Made by a program: the position numbers and the translations under genes. This document shows, in pieces, positions 9,101 to 18,358 of a stretch of 64,000 nt of DNA. The stretch is from assembly GCA_963838925.1 (NCBI GenBank), contig CAWISW010000003.1, forward strand, positions 1-64,000. The letters run 5' to 3'. Source of the DNA: an uncultured Nitrososphaerota archaeon (GTDB lineage Archaea; Thermoproteota; Nitrososphaeria; Nitrososphaerales; Gagatemarchaeaceae). Numbering within the stretch: the first letter of the stretch is position 1; the number at the start of each line of letters is the position of its first letter. The notes beneath the pieces were generated by a model that searched no databases, was not told the DNA's origin, and was given only the letters and a program-made list of their open reading frames with translations.

Positions 9101-10591
9101 GTGATGGATATGAGGACAAGTCGAAGCGTGCTCGCGTTCGTGGTTGCAGTGCTGATCGTTATCGCAGCGTACGTCGCAATCTCGATGTCTGCGCCGCAAT
9201 CGCCGTCCTTGCCACAGACGACCCAGTCGACCACGCCCTCGTCCAGCGTCACGAGCGTTAGTGCTACTCGCTCGCCAGGCCCCAGCGGCCCCTTCATGAA
9301 TTTGTCTCAGGTGTACGTTGACCTCGGCTATCCAAACGTGACATACTCACAGTCCTCTCCATATCTCCCGAGCAGACCGAATGTCACGCTGGAATACCAG
9401 ACAAAGGACGTGAATTACCAGCTCGGCGTTCTCCAGACCCCCGTCATCAATCTCACTAGAGCTCTAGAGTCTGTCAGCGATTCCGGAGCTCTGCTCAACG
9501 GCACCAACAACTCGAGCTCCGGTTTCGCCCTTGTTTCTGCAGATTTCGAGCCTGGTCAAGTCGTGAATTCGGCTCTCGAAGCCCCACCGACATGGGATCT
9601 CTCTTTCGCCCGAGTCTACGATGGCTACTGGGTCTTCGGCGAATACGGAGTCGGTGACTCCTCTGCGTTCGTGAGCGTGGATGCGTTGAACGGCACCGTC
9701 ATCAAGACATCGGTCGAGCCTGCTGCAGACACACCCGCCCCCGCGTCGGGGACGAAGTTCGACCTGAATGTCAACGAGTCCCAGGCGCTCCAGGTCATCC
9801 GCGGAATCACTCCAACGCAAGGCGTACCGCAAGACTTGACCCGAAATGGGACGGTGAGCCTGATCCAACCGATGATCGTGCTCTTCGGGCCTTCGTCCAA
9901 GAATGAGGCGTTCCAGACACCCCTTGATCCTTCTCTCTCAGGCCAGGAAAGACTCTGCTGGGTGGTCGAGATGTCCTCGCCGACACCTGGAGCCGGATAC
10001 CAAGGGAGATTTGCCGTCGATGCGGAGACAGGAACGCTGGACTCGGAATGGGCTCAGGCCTTGTACCCCTCGACTGCTGAATACTACATCACCGGCTCCG
10101 CCGTTCTTCCTTCGTCATCTTCGCCTTCACCCAACAACCTGACGATGTCCCAGGAGACCTTTCAAATCAACGGGAGCGTGGTTGGGCGACCCGGTTTGGT
10201 ACCAGTCGTCGTTCCGAACGTCCTGATAATGAAACCTGGGTCCTCGGCGATGGTCGGCCTCAACTTCACTTCGACGTTCGCAGTCGAAAATGTGACTGTA
10301 TCGCCCCAGTCCTTTTCCAACCCGCTGCCTGGGTTCCAGAACCTTTCTTCTGATGGCCTTCCAGCGGGAGTCTCTGCCCAATTCCTCACAGCAAGCGTGG
10401 TCGTCCCGGCGAACGGGAATGGAATAGCCACGATTTCAATCTCGGCCAACGAAAGCGCACCTTCAGGGACGTACCTGTTAAAGCTGAACGCGGCCTGGTC
10501 GAACATCGCTGGAGGCCAGAGCTCTGTGGCTTTCCTTCTGACCATCTGGGATGGTACGGGCCAGTGGCCACCGCCCCCGACCGTAAACTAG
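9101..10591 (+). CDS. Membrane-anchored secreted protein with two PepSY-like segments and a C-terminal Ig-like domain
   Basis: N-terminal TM; FVSVDALNGTVI and FAVDAETGTL motifs; ISANESAPSGTYLLKL. Confidence 0.7.
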   Translation: MMDMRTSRSVLAFVVAVLIVIAAYVAISMSAPQSPSLPQTTQSTTPSSSVTSVSATRSPGPSGPFMNLSQVYVDLGYPNVTYSQSSPYLPSRPNVTLEYQTKDVNYQLGVLQTPVINLTRALESVSDSGALLNGTNNSSSGFALVSADFEPGQVVNSALEAPPTWDLSFARVYDGYWVFGEYGVGDSSAFVSVDALNGTVIKTSVEPAADTPAPASGTKFDLNVNESQALQVIRGITPTQGVPQDLTRNGTVSLIQPMIVLFGPSSKNEAFQTPLDPSLSGQERLCWVVEMSSPTPGAGYQGRFAVDAETGTLDSEWAQALYPSTAEYYITGSAVLPSSSSPSPNNLTMSQETFQINGSVVGRPGLVPVVVPNVLIMKPGSSAMVGLNFTSTFAVENVTVSPQSFSNPLPGFQNLSSDGLPAGVSAQFLTASVVVPANGNGIATISISANESAPSGTYLLKLNAAWSNIAGGQSSVAFLLTIWDGTGQWPPPPTVN

Positions 10592-10642
10592 ATGCAAAAC
10601 CTACAACCCTTAACAATCTCAGCAAGCGCCCACAATGAGGCC

Positions 10643-11274
10643 GTGCAGCTATCGAAGAACGTGAGCAGGGGGCTCACCTACGTCCTCATCGTCGTCGTCA
10701 TCGTGGTCGGGGCGCAGCTCCTCGTGGGGAGCGCGCTCGGGTCCTCCCCTGTCTATGTGGTCGTGAGCAAGAGCATGGTCCCAACGCTCCAGATAGGCGA
10801 CCTCGTCATAACCCAGAACGTGCCGTTCAGCAGCATCCACGTCGGGCAGGTGATAGTCTACGTGAAGCCCGACTCGCTCGGCGCGTGCAATGGCGAGACG
10901 ATAGTGCACAGGGTCGTGTCGGGGTCACTGCTCAGGGGCTGATCACCCAGGGAGATGACAGGGTGACCAACCCGCAACCCGACCCTTGGAGCCCGATCCC
11001 GGCGAACTGCGTCAAGGGTGTAGTCGTCCTGGCAGTCCCCTACCTGGGGCTCGTCTCGATGCTCATACCCTACCCGTGGAACTACGTCCTCGTCGGGCTG
11101 ATCCTGCTCTTCGTCTTCCTTACGGAACTGCGCCCGTCAGGGAAAGAAGGTGAGAAGGTCGAGGGCAAGGGTGGCGGAACGGCCTTCTTTGACTGCATCC
11201 GGACCTTGAGTTCTGCGAGAGTAGCCAAGCCACTGAATTCTAACATGCGGAGTCACGTTCGGACAAAACCTTAA
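10643..11274 (+). CDS. Signal peptidase I (S26B/Sec11 type; frameshift at ~10925-10940)
   Basis: VVVSKSMVPTLQIGDLVI (catalytic Ser), IVHRVV (His), ITQGDD..TN..PDPW. Confidence 0.88.
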
Positions 11275-11276
11275 TA
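11211..11276 (+). repeat. ~60-bp inter-gene repeat copy A, ending in the GTTCGGAC-N6-TATA element
   Basis: 50/60 ungapped identity (counted by hand) to 12720-12779; partial copy at 6281-6308. Confidence 0.8.
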
Positions 11277-11307
11277 CAAAATTCAGGACTTTACGACGCG
11301 AATTTGG

Positions 11308-12702
11308 TTGAAGACTGGGCCCGAACCACGCACACGTCATATGAGAGCGTACGTCTTCGTGCTCATCGTTCTCATCGCCTTTGGCGCGGTGGGCGGCCTG
11401 GTCTTCCTATCACACCGTAGCGGCCCCCCTGTCAGCAGCCCAGGACCCTACGGAACGGGCGGATACCCTGGCGTCTCCCCGCTTCCTGCGGGAGTCGTGG
11501 GGAGCGTCCCTGAGATACGAGTCAACTATGGCAACGGCGTATTCTCAGGCGAGCAAGGGCCGTACTGCTGGGCGGGAAACGCGGCCACGAACCAGGTCAC
11601 GACTGCTGCAGGGGGCAGGTGCGTCTCCTCCGCACCCCCCACGAATTCGACCGGTCTGCCGACCATCGCCGTTTACCCCAACGCTCGCTTCTCGTTCGGC
11701 TTCACTTACCAGCAGCATCCGGAGAGCGTGGAGGCGTCAATCTTTCAGTCAGGATCCATGGAGGTGGTAATGACAAACTCATCTGCCATCAACGGGTTCT
11801 CCCTGGGCTCGCTCCCGGCAGGGAACTACATCATGGGCGTCAACGCGTCCTTCGGTCGCTCCTACACGTCTGAATACTATGGGATCAAGCCGATAGAGTC
11901 GGCGAACTACAGCGAGGGGAGCATCGCCATATTGAATCGCGGGGAATCAGATGAAATGAAGTCGATTACCCAACCCGCGGGAAACGCAGGCTCGGTAGGC
12001 GGCATGACCGTCAGTTTCCCGGGCCTCATGATCTACCACCTTACTCTTTCGTCGGCCAACATGGTCGAGGACGTGAACCTGAGTGCAATCAGCGTGATCA
12101 CCGGGGACTGGGTTAGGTTCATCCCGTCGTATCTCCCTGAGGTGGGCCCGAGCGGCACGGATGCTGACATGCTCGTGGCCGGCGCTTTCGAGCTTTCGTC
12201 CCCCGGCAACGACGCCAACGTCTCCATGATAATCCAGGCGACGACAAGCGGCGGCAGCTTCGGGGAGGTTGCCCTGCCGATGCAGGGTCAGGACAGCTTC
12301 GTCGTCTTGCACACCCTCGCCACCGGTCAGGAGTTTCAGGGGGGCGGGATCTCGGCGACGCCAGGCCAGACGAACTTCGGCACCGAGTCGATCATCTACG
12401 ATCCCGCGAGCGGGGGTTCCAATCAGTCCCTTCCCGTCGCGGTGTCGATCGCAGGGTTCTTCGGCGTGAACGGCTCGGTCCTGCCCCAGCCCCCTTGGCT
12501 GAAGTTCTCCGTGCCGGGGTCTTCGACGAACCTGTCCATGACGCCCTACGACCCGCTCTACTTCGCGCTCGACATGACCGCGACGAGCGCCGCGCCGCTG
12601 GGGTCTTACACCCTCGTCGTCGACGTTGAAGTCGGGACCGGGAGCCTCACGCTCTTCATACCGGTCGAGGTAAACCCGCCTGTGTATTCAGCCGCTGGCT
12701 GA
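11308..12702 (+). CDS. Membrane-anchored secreted protein, paralog of 59813-61300
   Basis: N-terminal TM; shares GEQGPYCWAGNA, GLPTIAVYPNA and GDWVRF.PS.LPEVGP with the 59813 gene. Confidence 0.8.
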   Translation: MKTGPEPRTRHMRAYVFVLIVLIAFGAVGGLVFLSHRSGPPVSSPGPYGTGGYPGVSPLPAGVVGSVPEIRVNYGNGVFSGEQGPYCWAGNAATNQVTTAAGGRCVSSAPPTNSTGLPTIAVYPNARFSFGFTYQQHPESVEASIFQSGSMEVVMTNSSAINGFSLGSLPAGNYIMGVNASFGRSYTSEYYGIKPIESANYSEGSIAILNRGESDEMKSITQPAGNAGSVGGMTVSFPGLMIYHLTLSSANMVEDVNLSAISVITGDWVRFIPSYLPEVGPSGTDADMLVAGAFELSSPGNDANVSMIIQATTSGGSFGEVALPMQGQDSFVVLHTLATGQEFQGGGISATPGQTNFGTESIIYDPASGGSNQSLPVAVSIAGFFGVNGSVLPQPPWLKFSVPGSSTNLSMTPYDPLYFALDMTATSAAPLGSYTLVVDVEVGTGSLTLFIPVEVNPPVYSAAG

Positions 12703-12719
12703 CTTGCCAGAGCGAGGGA

Positions 12720-12785
12720 TTCTGCGACAGTGGCCAAGCCGCCCAATTCCAACGTACGGCGTCACGTTCGGACAAAACTATTAAT
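12720..12785 (+). repeat. ~60-bp inter-gene repeat copy B, ending in GTTCGGAC-AAAACT-ATTAAT
   Basis: Matches copy A at 11211; contains imperfect inverted repeat TCC-AACGT..ACGTT-C-GGA. Confidence 0.8.
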
Positions 12786-12819
12786 CGTGAACACCCCGTT
12801 TTGACACTCGTGTAGGAGG

Positions 12820-13137
12820 ATGAATAGGAAGACTCTGCTGGGAATAACGTTCCTAGTTGCCATCATAGGTGCAATGCTCGTCATCTTCGGTGCCGTCTAT
12901 ACGGTACTGCCCTGCACCACCGACAGCGTGCTTTATGGCTATCCGATCTGGAGTCCGCCTTCATTTAGCGGGATTCAAGGCTGCGGCAACCTTACAACTC
13001 CAGTGGGCCTTCCAAACGGCATTTCAGTCAACTACACGTTGAACTACATAGGCATCGCAATCCTTCTCACAACCATAGCAATGCCCCTCGCATCATGGAG
13101 TTCGAAACAGAGTATTCGTACGGGGGGTCTCGAATGA
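12820..13137 (+). CDS. Small two-TM membrane protein with a Cys pair in the loop
   Basis: 105 aa, two hydrophobic helices, GGAGG directly upstream. Confidence 0.7.
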   Translation: MNRKTLLGITFLVAIIGAMLVIFGAVYTVLPCTTDSVLYGYPIWSPPSFSGIQGCGNLTTPVGLPNGISVNYTLNYIGIAILLTTIAMPLASWSSKQSIRTGGLE

Positions 13138-13200
13138 TTAGGCACGCGGCAAACAGCCAGTCGATATCGAGCAATCCTTCAAAGAAAGTGATGAACCACA

Positions 13201-13494
13201 GTGAAGTCGCGCAAACATGAGATAATCGTCTGGGGTTGGAAGGAGTCTGTCCCAATAGCCAGGATAGTGGCCGCTATCAATAGGCTAGAGACACAAGTCG
13301 ATCTCTACGAGATAGTCGATAAGACCTCAGATGCCTTTGCGATCATCCTTGTGCGTCACAGCATTCTCAAATCAAAGGAGAAGAAAAGGGCAGAGGTTCT
13401 TGCGCTAGTGAAGAGGAGATTCCCAACTGCGACTGATGTAAGACTGCATAAGGGAGACGATTGGAACGGCGTCACTAACCAAGTCAGCAGTTGA
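13201..13494 (+). CDS. Hypothetical protein
   Basis: 97-aa ORF in a lower-GC segment. Confidence 0.45.
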   Translation: MKSRKHEIIVWGWKESVPIARIVAAINRLETQVDLYEIVDKTSDAFAIILVRHSILKSKEKKRAEVLALVKRRFPTATDVRLHKGDDWNGVTNQVSS

Positions 13495-13590
13495 GGCCGA
13501 AAGGCGTGAAGCCGAGCGCCTCCTCTTCGTCTTGGCCATGCCCTCTGGGGCGCAATCCCCTATTAACGCTGGGGCTCGAACGCGGGTAGA

Positions 13591-13608
13591 GCGGGCCCGA
13601 CGGGATTC
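13591..13608 (-). mobile_element. att-like core resembling a tRNA 3' end (probably tRNA-Arg)
   Basis: Minus strand GAATCCCGTCGGGCCCGC = T-loop end + T-stem + acceptor CGGGCCC + G discriminator, overlapping the integrase stop codon. Confidence 0.6.
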
Positions 13609-14902
13609 ATACGGGAAGCTTGAGAATCGCTCTGTCATCAGGGAGGGAAGCGACGTACTCCCACCCTTGCTTGATGTATTGCTCTACCTCCCCCGCATGG
13701 ATGACCTTCTGCCTTGATCCGTTGTTGGCCATGGCTCCAAGCAGCTTCTCCCTCACCATCTTCTGAAAGTCCTCGTCCTTGATGCCCGACAGGTCAAGCT
13801 TGTCGACGTCCTGCTGGCTGTAGCCGGCGACCTGCATCAGGATCTCCCTCCTGAAGGACTGCTTGATCTCCTCCTGGCTCATCCCCCGCTTCCGCAGCAT
13901 TATCGTGACCGCTTCCATCCCCTTGAGATAGAACTCCCTCATCTGGTCTTCCGTGTATCGCCTGTACGCGGAGTCGAGGAAGAGCTTGTGCCCCATCAGC
14001 GCCTCGGCTATGTCCCTTCCCAACGGCTGCAGCATCTGCGTGAAGAAGAACTTCCTCAGGCAGTGGATGTGGATGGTAGCCCTCCCTTGGTCGTCCTTCT
14101 CCCCCAGTCCAGAGTTCTTCAGCGCCAACGAGAAGATGTGGTCCGCGTTCCAGTAGGACATCGGGAGGTTACCGGTCTTGTGCTCCTGTCCACGGGTTGA
14201 CGTCGGGAAGATGTAGTCGCCGGGATTGTTGATCCGGTCGAGTAGGAATTCCTTCAAGAACGTGACCGCCTCGTCGCTGATGAAGCAGTACCTCGGCTGT
14301 CTGTCCTTTGTCACCTCTGCCCTAAGGTGTATCGTCGCTGGGCTCTTGGACAGATCGATGTCCTTCACTCTGAGAGTAAGGAACTCTCCCACTCTCATCC
14401 CGCTCGATGCAAGCATCGTGACAAGGGCCTTTCCGCGGGCATCGGTGTGCGTGAGAACGCTCCTGAGCTCTTCCTGCGTCGGGACCCTGTCGACGGTGAC
14501 CGCGTGATACCTGGGGAGGTCGACCTTCACCCTCATCTTGGCGTTGTCCAGCTCGAAGTCATTTATGGCGAGGAACTTCTTCACGGCCGAGAGCCGGTTC
14601 CTGAGGGAGTTTGGCGCGAACTTGTCCTTGAGCATCCAAGCCACGTATCCGTCGATGACCTTGTAGACGTCGTTCTTTCTCATGTAGGCCAGGGCGTCGT
14701 TAGGCAGCATCTCGAGGTAGCTGCAAAAGTCCATCATCCCTCCTGTAGAGTTCTCGACGCTCTTCTTGGAGCCGCGCCTCCCCACCTTCTCCAGGTAGGT
14801 CTTGAGCTGAACGACTGCCTCGCCCCGATGATCTCTCCTCCACTCGTACGCCTTCCTGTTTAGGACCTTCATGCAGGTCGGGAGGTTGGTCCCAACCCGC
14901 AT
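13607..14902 (-). CDS. Tyrosine recombinase/integrase
   Basis: SGMRVGE (R), TKD (K), HIHCLRKFF (HxxR), LMGH and AY (Y) catalytic motifs. Confidence 0.93.
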   Translation of the reverse strand: MRVGTNLPTCMKVLNRKAYEWRRDHRGEAVVQLKTYLEKVGRRGSKKSVENSTGGMMDFCSYLEMLPNDALAYMRKNDVYKVIDGYVAWMLKDKFAPNSLRNRLSAVKKFLAINDFELDNAKMRVKVDLPRYHAVTVDRVPTQEELRSVLTHTDARGKALVTMLASSGMRVGEFLTLRVKDIDLSKSPATIHLRAEVTKDRQPRYCFISDEAVTFLKEFLLDRINNPGDYIFPTSTRGQEHKTGNLPMSYWNADHIFSLALKNSGLGEKDDQGRATIHIHCLRKFFFTQMLQPLGRDIAEALMGHKLFLDSAYRRYTEDQMREFYLKGMEAVTIMLRKRGMSQEEIKQSFRREILMQVAGYSQQDVDKLDLSGIKDEDFQKMVREKLLGAMANNGSRQKVIHAGEVEQYIKQGWEYVASLPDDRAILKLPV

Positions 14903-14930
14903 TTAAGCCTTGACAGGTAGCAGTTAACTG

Positions 14931-16401
14931 CTAGATGTCGAAGTAGAGGTAGAACTCGTACGGGTGAGGCCTCGCGGAGACGGCCTTTGCGTTTGCCGAG
15001 CCCAGCTCGATGATCATCTCGACCATGTCCTTCGAGAAGATCCCGTCGAGGAAGCTCGAGTCGCTCTTCAGGCTGTCCAGGGACTCGAAGAGGCTCGTGG
15101 GCAGCTCCTTCACCCCATAGGACCTCTTCTTCTCTGGCGTGAGCTTGTAGATGTCCTCGTTGATCGGGCTACCTGGGTCCATCTTCTTCTTGATGCCGTC
15201 GAGGCCCGCCCCCATTATCGCCGAGAAGGCGAGGTATGGGTTGGCAGAGGGGTCGGGCGTCCTGAACTCGGCCCTCTTCCTCTTCTCCTCGTTGGCGCCC
15301 TTGTGGTAGACCGGGATTCTCACGTTCGCGGAGCGGTTAGCCTTGCTCCACGCGATGTAGATCGGGGCCTCGTATCCTGGGACGAGCCTGCGGTAGGAGT
15401 TGGTGGTCGGGTTGGTTATCGCAGTGAGAGCGCGGCTGTGCGCCATCAGGCCGCCGACGTAATATCTGCCGATCTGGCTAAGCTCAGCGTAGCTGTCGCC
15501 GGAGTCGTAGAACGCGTTCTTCGAGCCCTTCCAGAGGCTCGAGGAGACGTGCATGCCCGAGGCGTTGTCGCCGAAGATGGGCTTGGGCATGATCGTTGCG
15601 TATCAGGCCCCTCTTCGCCGCGATGTTCTTGATCACGAACTTGTAGCTGAGGCAGCTGTCGGCCATCGGGACGAGTGTGTCCCTGTACATGTCGATCTCG
15701 CACTGCCCTGCGGTCGCGACCTCGTGGTGGTGGGCGTCGTTGACGACCCCGAAGTTCTCGTCGAGAAGGTAGGCGACCTCGCTCCTATAGTCCTGGAGCG
15801 TGTCCTGCGGCGGCGCCGGGTAGTAGCCCTCCTTCCACCTTATGGGAAGGTTGGTGCCTCTCGACTCGACCGCGCTCTCTACCGAGGTGATCTTGTATCC
15901 GACGTCGAACGGGTTGGCGACGCTCCAGGTCGCGCTGTCGAAGACGAAGAACTCGATTTCAGGGCCCCAGTACGAGTCGGTGAAACCGGCTGCCCGCATC
16001 CTCTCCTCCGCCTTTTGGGCGATGTACCTTGGGTCCCTCGAGAACCTCCCCTTGCCGAAGCCCCACTGGATGTCGCAGATGAGCCGCCCCGTCGGGTACC
16101 TCTCGTCGCCCCACGGAATCAGGGCGTAGGTCGACGGGTCGGGGACGAGGAGCATGTCCGACTCGTAGATCTCGGCGAAGCCCTTGATCGAGGAGCCGTC
16201 GAGCTTGGCGACGCCAATCTCGAATATGTCCTCGTCGAGCATGTTTAGCGGGATGGAGACGTGCTGGATGCGGCCGGGCACGTCCATGAACTGAAGATCG
16301 ACATACTTCACGTTCTTTGCTTTGATCTCAGCCATTACTTGCTTGGAAGTCCTCTTCCTAGGGACTAGACCTTTCGGAGTATGGTCAAACGGCATTGCCA
16401 T
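14931..16401 (-). CDS. glnA: Glutamine synthetase type I (frameshift at ~15600)
   Basis: DGSSIKGF, HHHEVATAGQCEI, MPKPIFGDNASGMH, NSYRRLVPGYEAP, NRSANVRIP. Confidence 0.95.
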
Positions 16402-16464
16402 CGGGTCGGACTCGAATGTGATATAAATCTTGCCTTCTCACGTTTGCGCTTGTTTACATATCCG

Positions 16465-16479
16465 TGATAAAACTTATCA
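16465..16479. promoter_or_regulatory. Palindrome TGATAA-AAC-TTATCA, putative Lrp/AsnC operator
   Basis: Perfect 6-3-6 inverted repeat in the divergent glnA/lrp intergenic region. Confidence 0.55.
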
Positions 16480-16511
16480 AATGGCTAATATATGGGCGGA
16501 TGGGGTAGCAA

Positions 16512-16967
16512 ATGCAATTGGACAACCTCGACAAAATCATCCTCAAAGAGCTAATGACGGACGCGAGACAGTCCTTCAGGGACCTGTCGAAGAAGGCCCA
16601 CGCATCCGTGGTCACGGTGGCCCAGCGGGTCAGGAAGATGGAGAAGGCGGGCGTGATCAAGGGCTACTCCGCCCAGGTGAGCTCGGAGGAGCTCGGGTAC
16701 GAGATAACCACAGTGATGGAGGTGACAGTGTCCAAGGGGAAGGTGCTCGAGGTGGAGAAGGACATCGCGAAGCTCTCGCACGTATGCGCGGTCTACGACG
16801 TGACGGGCGAGGAGGACAGCATAGTCATCTCGAAGTTCAAGAGCAGGGAGGAGCTCAGCAACTTCGCCAAGGAGGTGCTCGCCCTGCCCCACGTCGAGAG
16901 GACCAACACGCACGTCGTCCTCAACACGACGAAGGAAGACTTCCGCAGCCCGTTCATCCTCGACTGA
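16512..16967 (+). CDS. Lrp/AsnC family transcriptional regulator
   Basis: LDNLDKIILKEL..DARQSF..L HTH; VYDVTGEED RAM domain. Confidence 0.93.
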   Translation: MQLDNLDKIILKELMTDARQSFRDLSKKAHASVVTVAQRVRKMEKAGVIKGYSAQVSSEELGYEITTVMEVTVSKGKVLEVEKDIAKLSHVCAVYDVTGEEDSIVISKFKSREELSNFAKEVLALPHVERTNTHVVLNTTKEDFRSPFILD

Positions 16968-17021
16968 CGCAGAGTCCAGCCCTCACAATTCATATACCCG
17001 CCCCGTCACGAAAAGCGTGAC

Positions 17022-17357
17022 TTGCAGAGAGAGAACCCGGACCTTCCTGCGTACAAAATCGTGGTCGACGACGTGACCGGGGGGGAGATTGCGAACATCA
17101 TCCGGGGATACATCGCAGTCAATGGCGAGAAGATTCGCTTCAAGGGGATCGCGTACGGGCGGTACGGCGGCCAGAACGTGGCACCGCGGCTCTCCCCGGT
17201 CTCGAAGAAGAGGGTGAAAGCCGTCTTCGGGGACATCGGCAAGTTCGAGGAGGACCTTCAGCAAAAGCTGGTCAGGGGAGACTTCGAGATAGACCAGGCG
17301 GCCGCGGAGGCCTCGAAGAAGAAGGAAGAGCTCGAGCACCGCCACACGCACTCGTGA
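17022..17357 (+). CDS. Conserved hypothetical protein
   Basis: 111-aa ORF with host-like codon usage. Confidence 0.6.
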   Translation: MQRENPDLPAYKIVVDDVTGGEIANIIRGYIAVNGEKIRFKGIAYGRYGGQNVAPRLSPVSKKRVKAVFGDIGKFEEDLQQKLVRGDFEIDQAAAEASKKKEELEHRHTHS

Positions 17358-17413
17358 AAGTAGTGATTTTTCATGCCACAGCCTGGGCGTTTGCGAAGGG
17401 GCCGCGCTGACCC

Positions 17414-18358
17414 ATGAACCTCATCGTGGGCGGGACGGGATTCATAGGGGGCCACCTCGCCGAGTACTTCTTCCAGGAGGGGGAGATCTCCAAGGGGGTC
17501 TTCCGCAAGGGCTCGCACCTCCGTATCCTGGACCAGTGCGGGATACAAATCCTCGAGGCCGACCTCATGGACAAGGAGTCCCTCCACGAGGCGCTCGAGA
17601 TGGTGAACGTGGTATACAACCTAGCTTCCCCGACGCCGGACCACGAGGGGCAGGGAGACTACCTCGAGGTCAACACGAAGGGCCTGCGCAACCTCCTGGA
17701 GGAGGCGGAGGAGCACGGGGTGAACGACTTCGTCCACCTGAGCACGCTCGACGTCTTCGGTTTCAAGAAGAAGAAGGTCGGCGACGGCGAGCAGGCGGTC
17801 GGCGCAGCCTCTCTGACTCACCCCTACCAAAAGGCCAAGCTCCAAGCGGAGGCGGAGATCCAGGAGTTCTCGAAGAAGGGCGGCGAGATGAGGCTCAAGG
17901 TCGTGAGGGCTGCGAAGGCGACTGGTCCTCGCGACACAACGCTCGCTCTGCCCTTGCTGAAGATGATGGAGAGCGGCAGCGTCGTCCTTCCATCGGGGAG
18001 CGACTCGCCGATGTCGTTCACGCACCCGAGGGACGTGGCGAAGGCCCTCTTCAAGGTCGCCACCGCGGGCGAGGGCGGGAAGACGTACCAGGTCAAGTCC
18101 TTCGACGCGACGGCAGAGGAGCTCGCCAAGGGCGTCATTGACGCCTGCGGGAGGAAGGCTCAGGTCAAGCGTGAGGGGCTCTTCGCGAAGACGGGCTTGC
18201 CTCCGTATGCCGCCAGTCAGGTGAGGGCGGGGCTTCTCCTCGAGAAGCAGGGCTCCTGGGGCGCGATCTCGTACTCGCCCGAATACGACCTCAAGCGAAC
18301 CTGCGCAGAGATTGCCGAGTGGCACGGGAAAGAGCCGTGGCTGACCGAAGCGACATAG
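17414..18358 (+). CDS. NAD-dependent epimerase/dehydratase family protein
   Basis: GGTGFIGG Rossmann motif; YQKAK catalytic YxxxK. Confidence 0.9.
   Translation: MNLIVGGTGFIGGHLAEYFFQEGEISKGVFRKGSHLRILDQCGIQILEADLMDKESLHEALEMVNVVYNLASPTPDHEGQGDYLEVNTKGLRNLLEEAEEHGVNDFVHLSTLDVFGFKKKKVGDGEQAVGAASLTHPYQKAKLQAEAEIQEFSKKGGEMRLKVVRAAKATGPRDTTLALPLLKMMESGSVVLPSGSDSPMSFTHPRDVAKALFKVATAGEGGKTYQVKSFDATAEELAKGVIDACGRKAQVKREGLFAKTGLPPYAASQVRAGLLLEKQGSWGAISYSPEYDLKRTCAEIAEWHGKEPWLTEAT

Noticed and set aside
5600-14902. Canonical integron (IntI + attC array)
   Set aside because: I recognised no IntI-specific insertion in the integrase, it is convergent with the array, and AAC-GTT spacing in the best repeat copies is only ~12 nt. 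Kept only as a looser cassette hypothesis.
14931-16401. glnA as a pseudogene or programmed frameshift
   Set aside because: A single extra base near 15600 with fully conserved halves and no slippery sequence fits the window-wide indel pattern.
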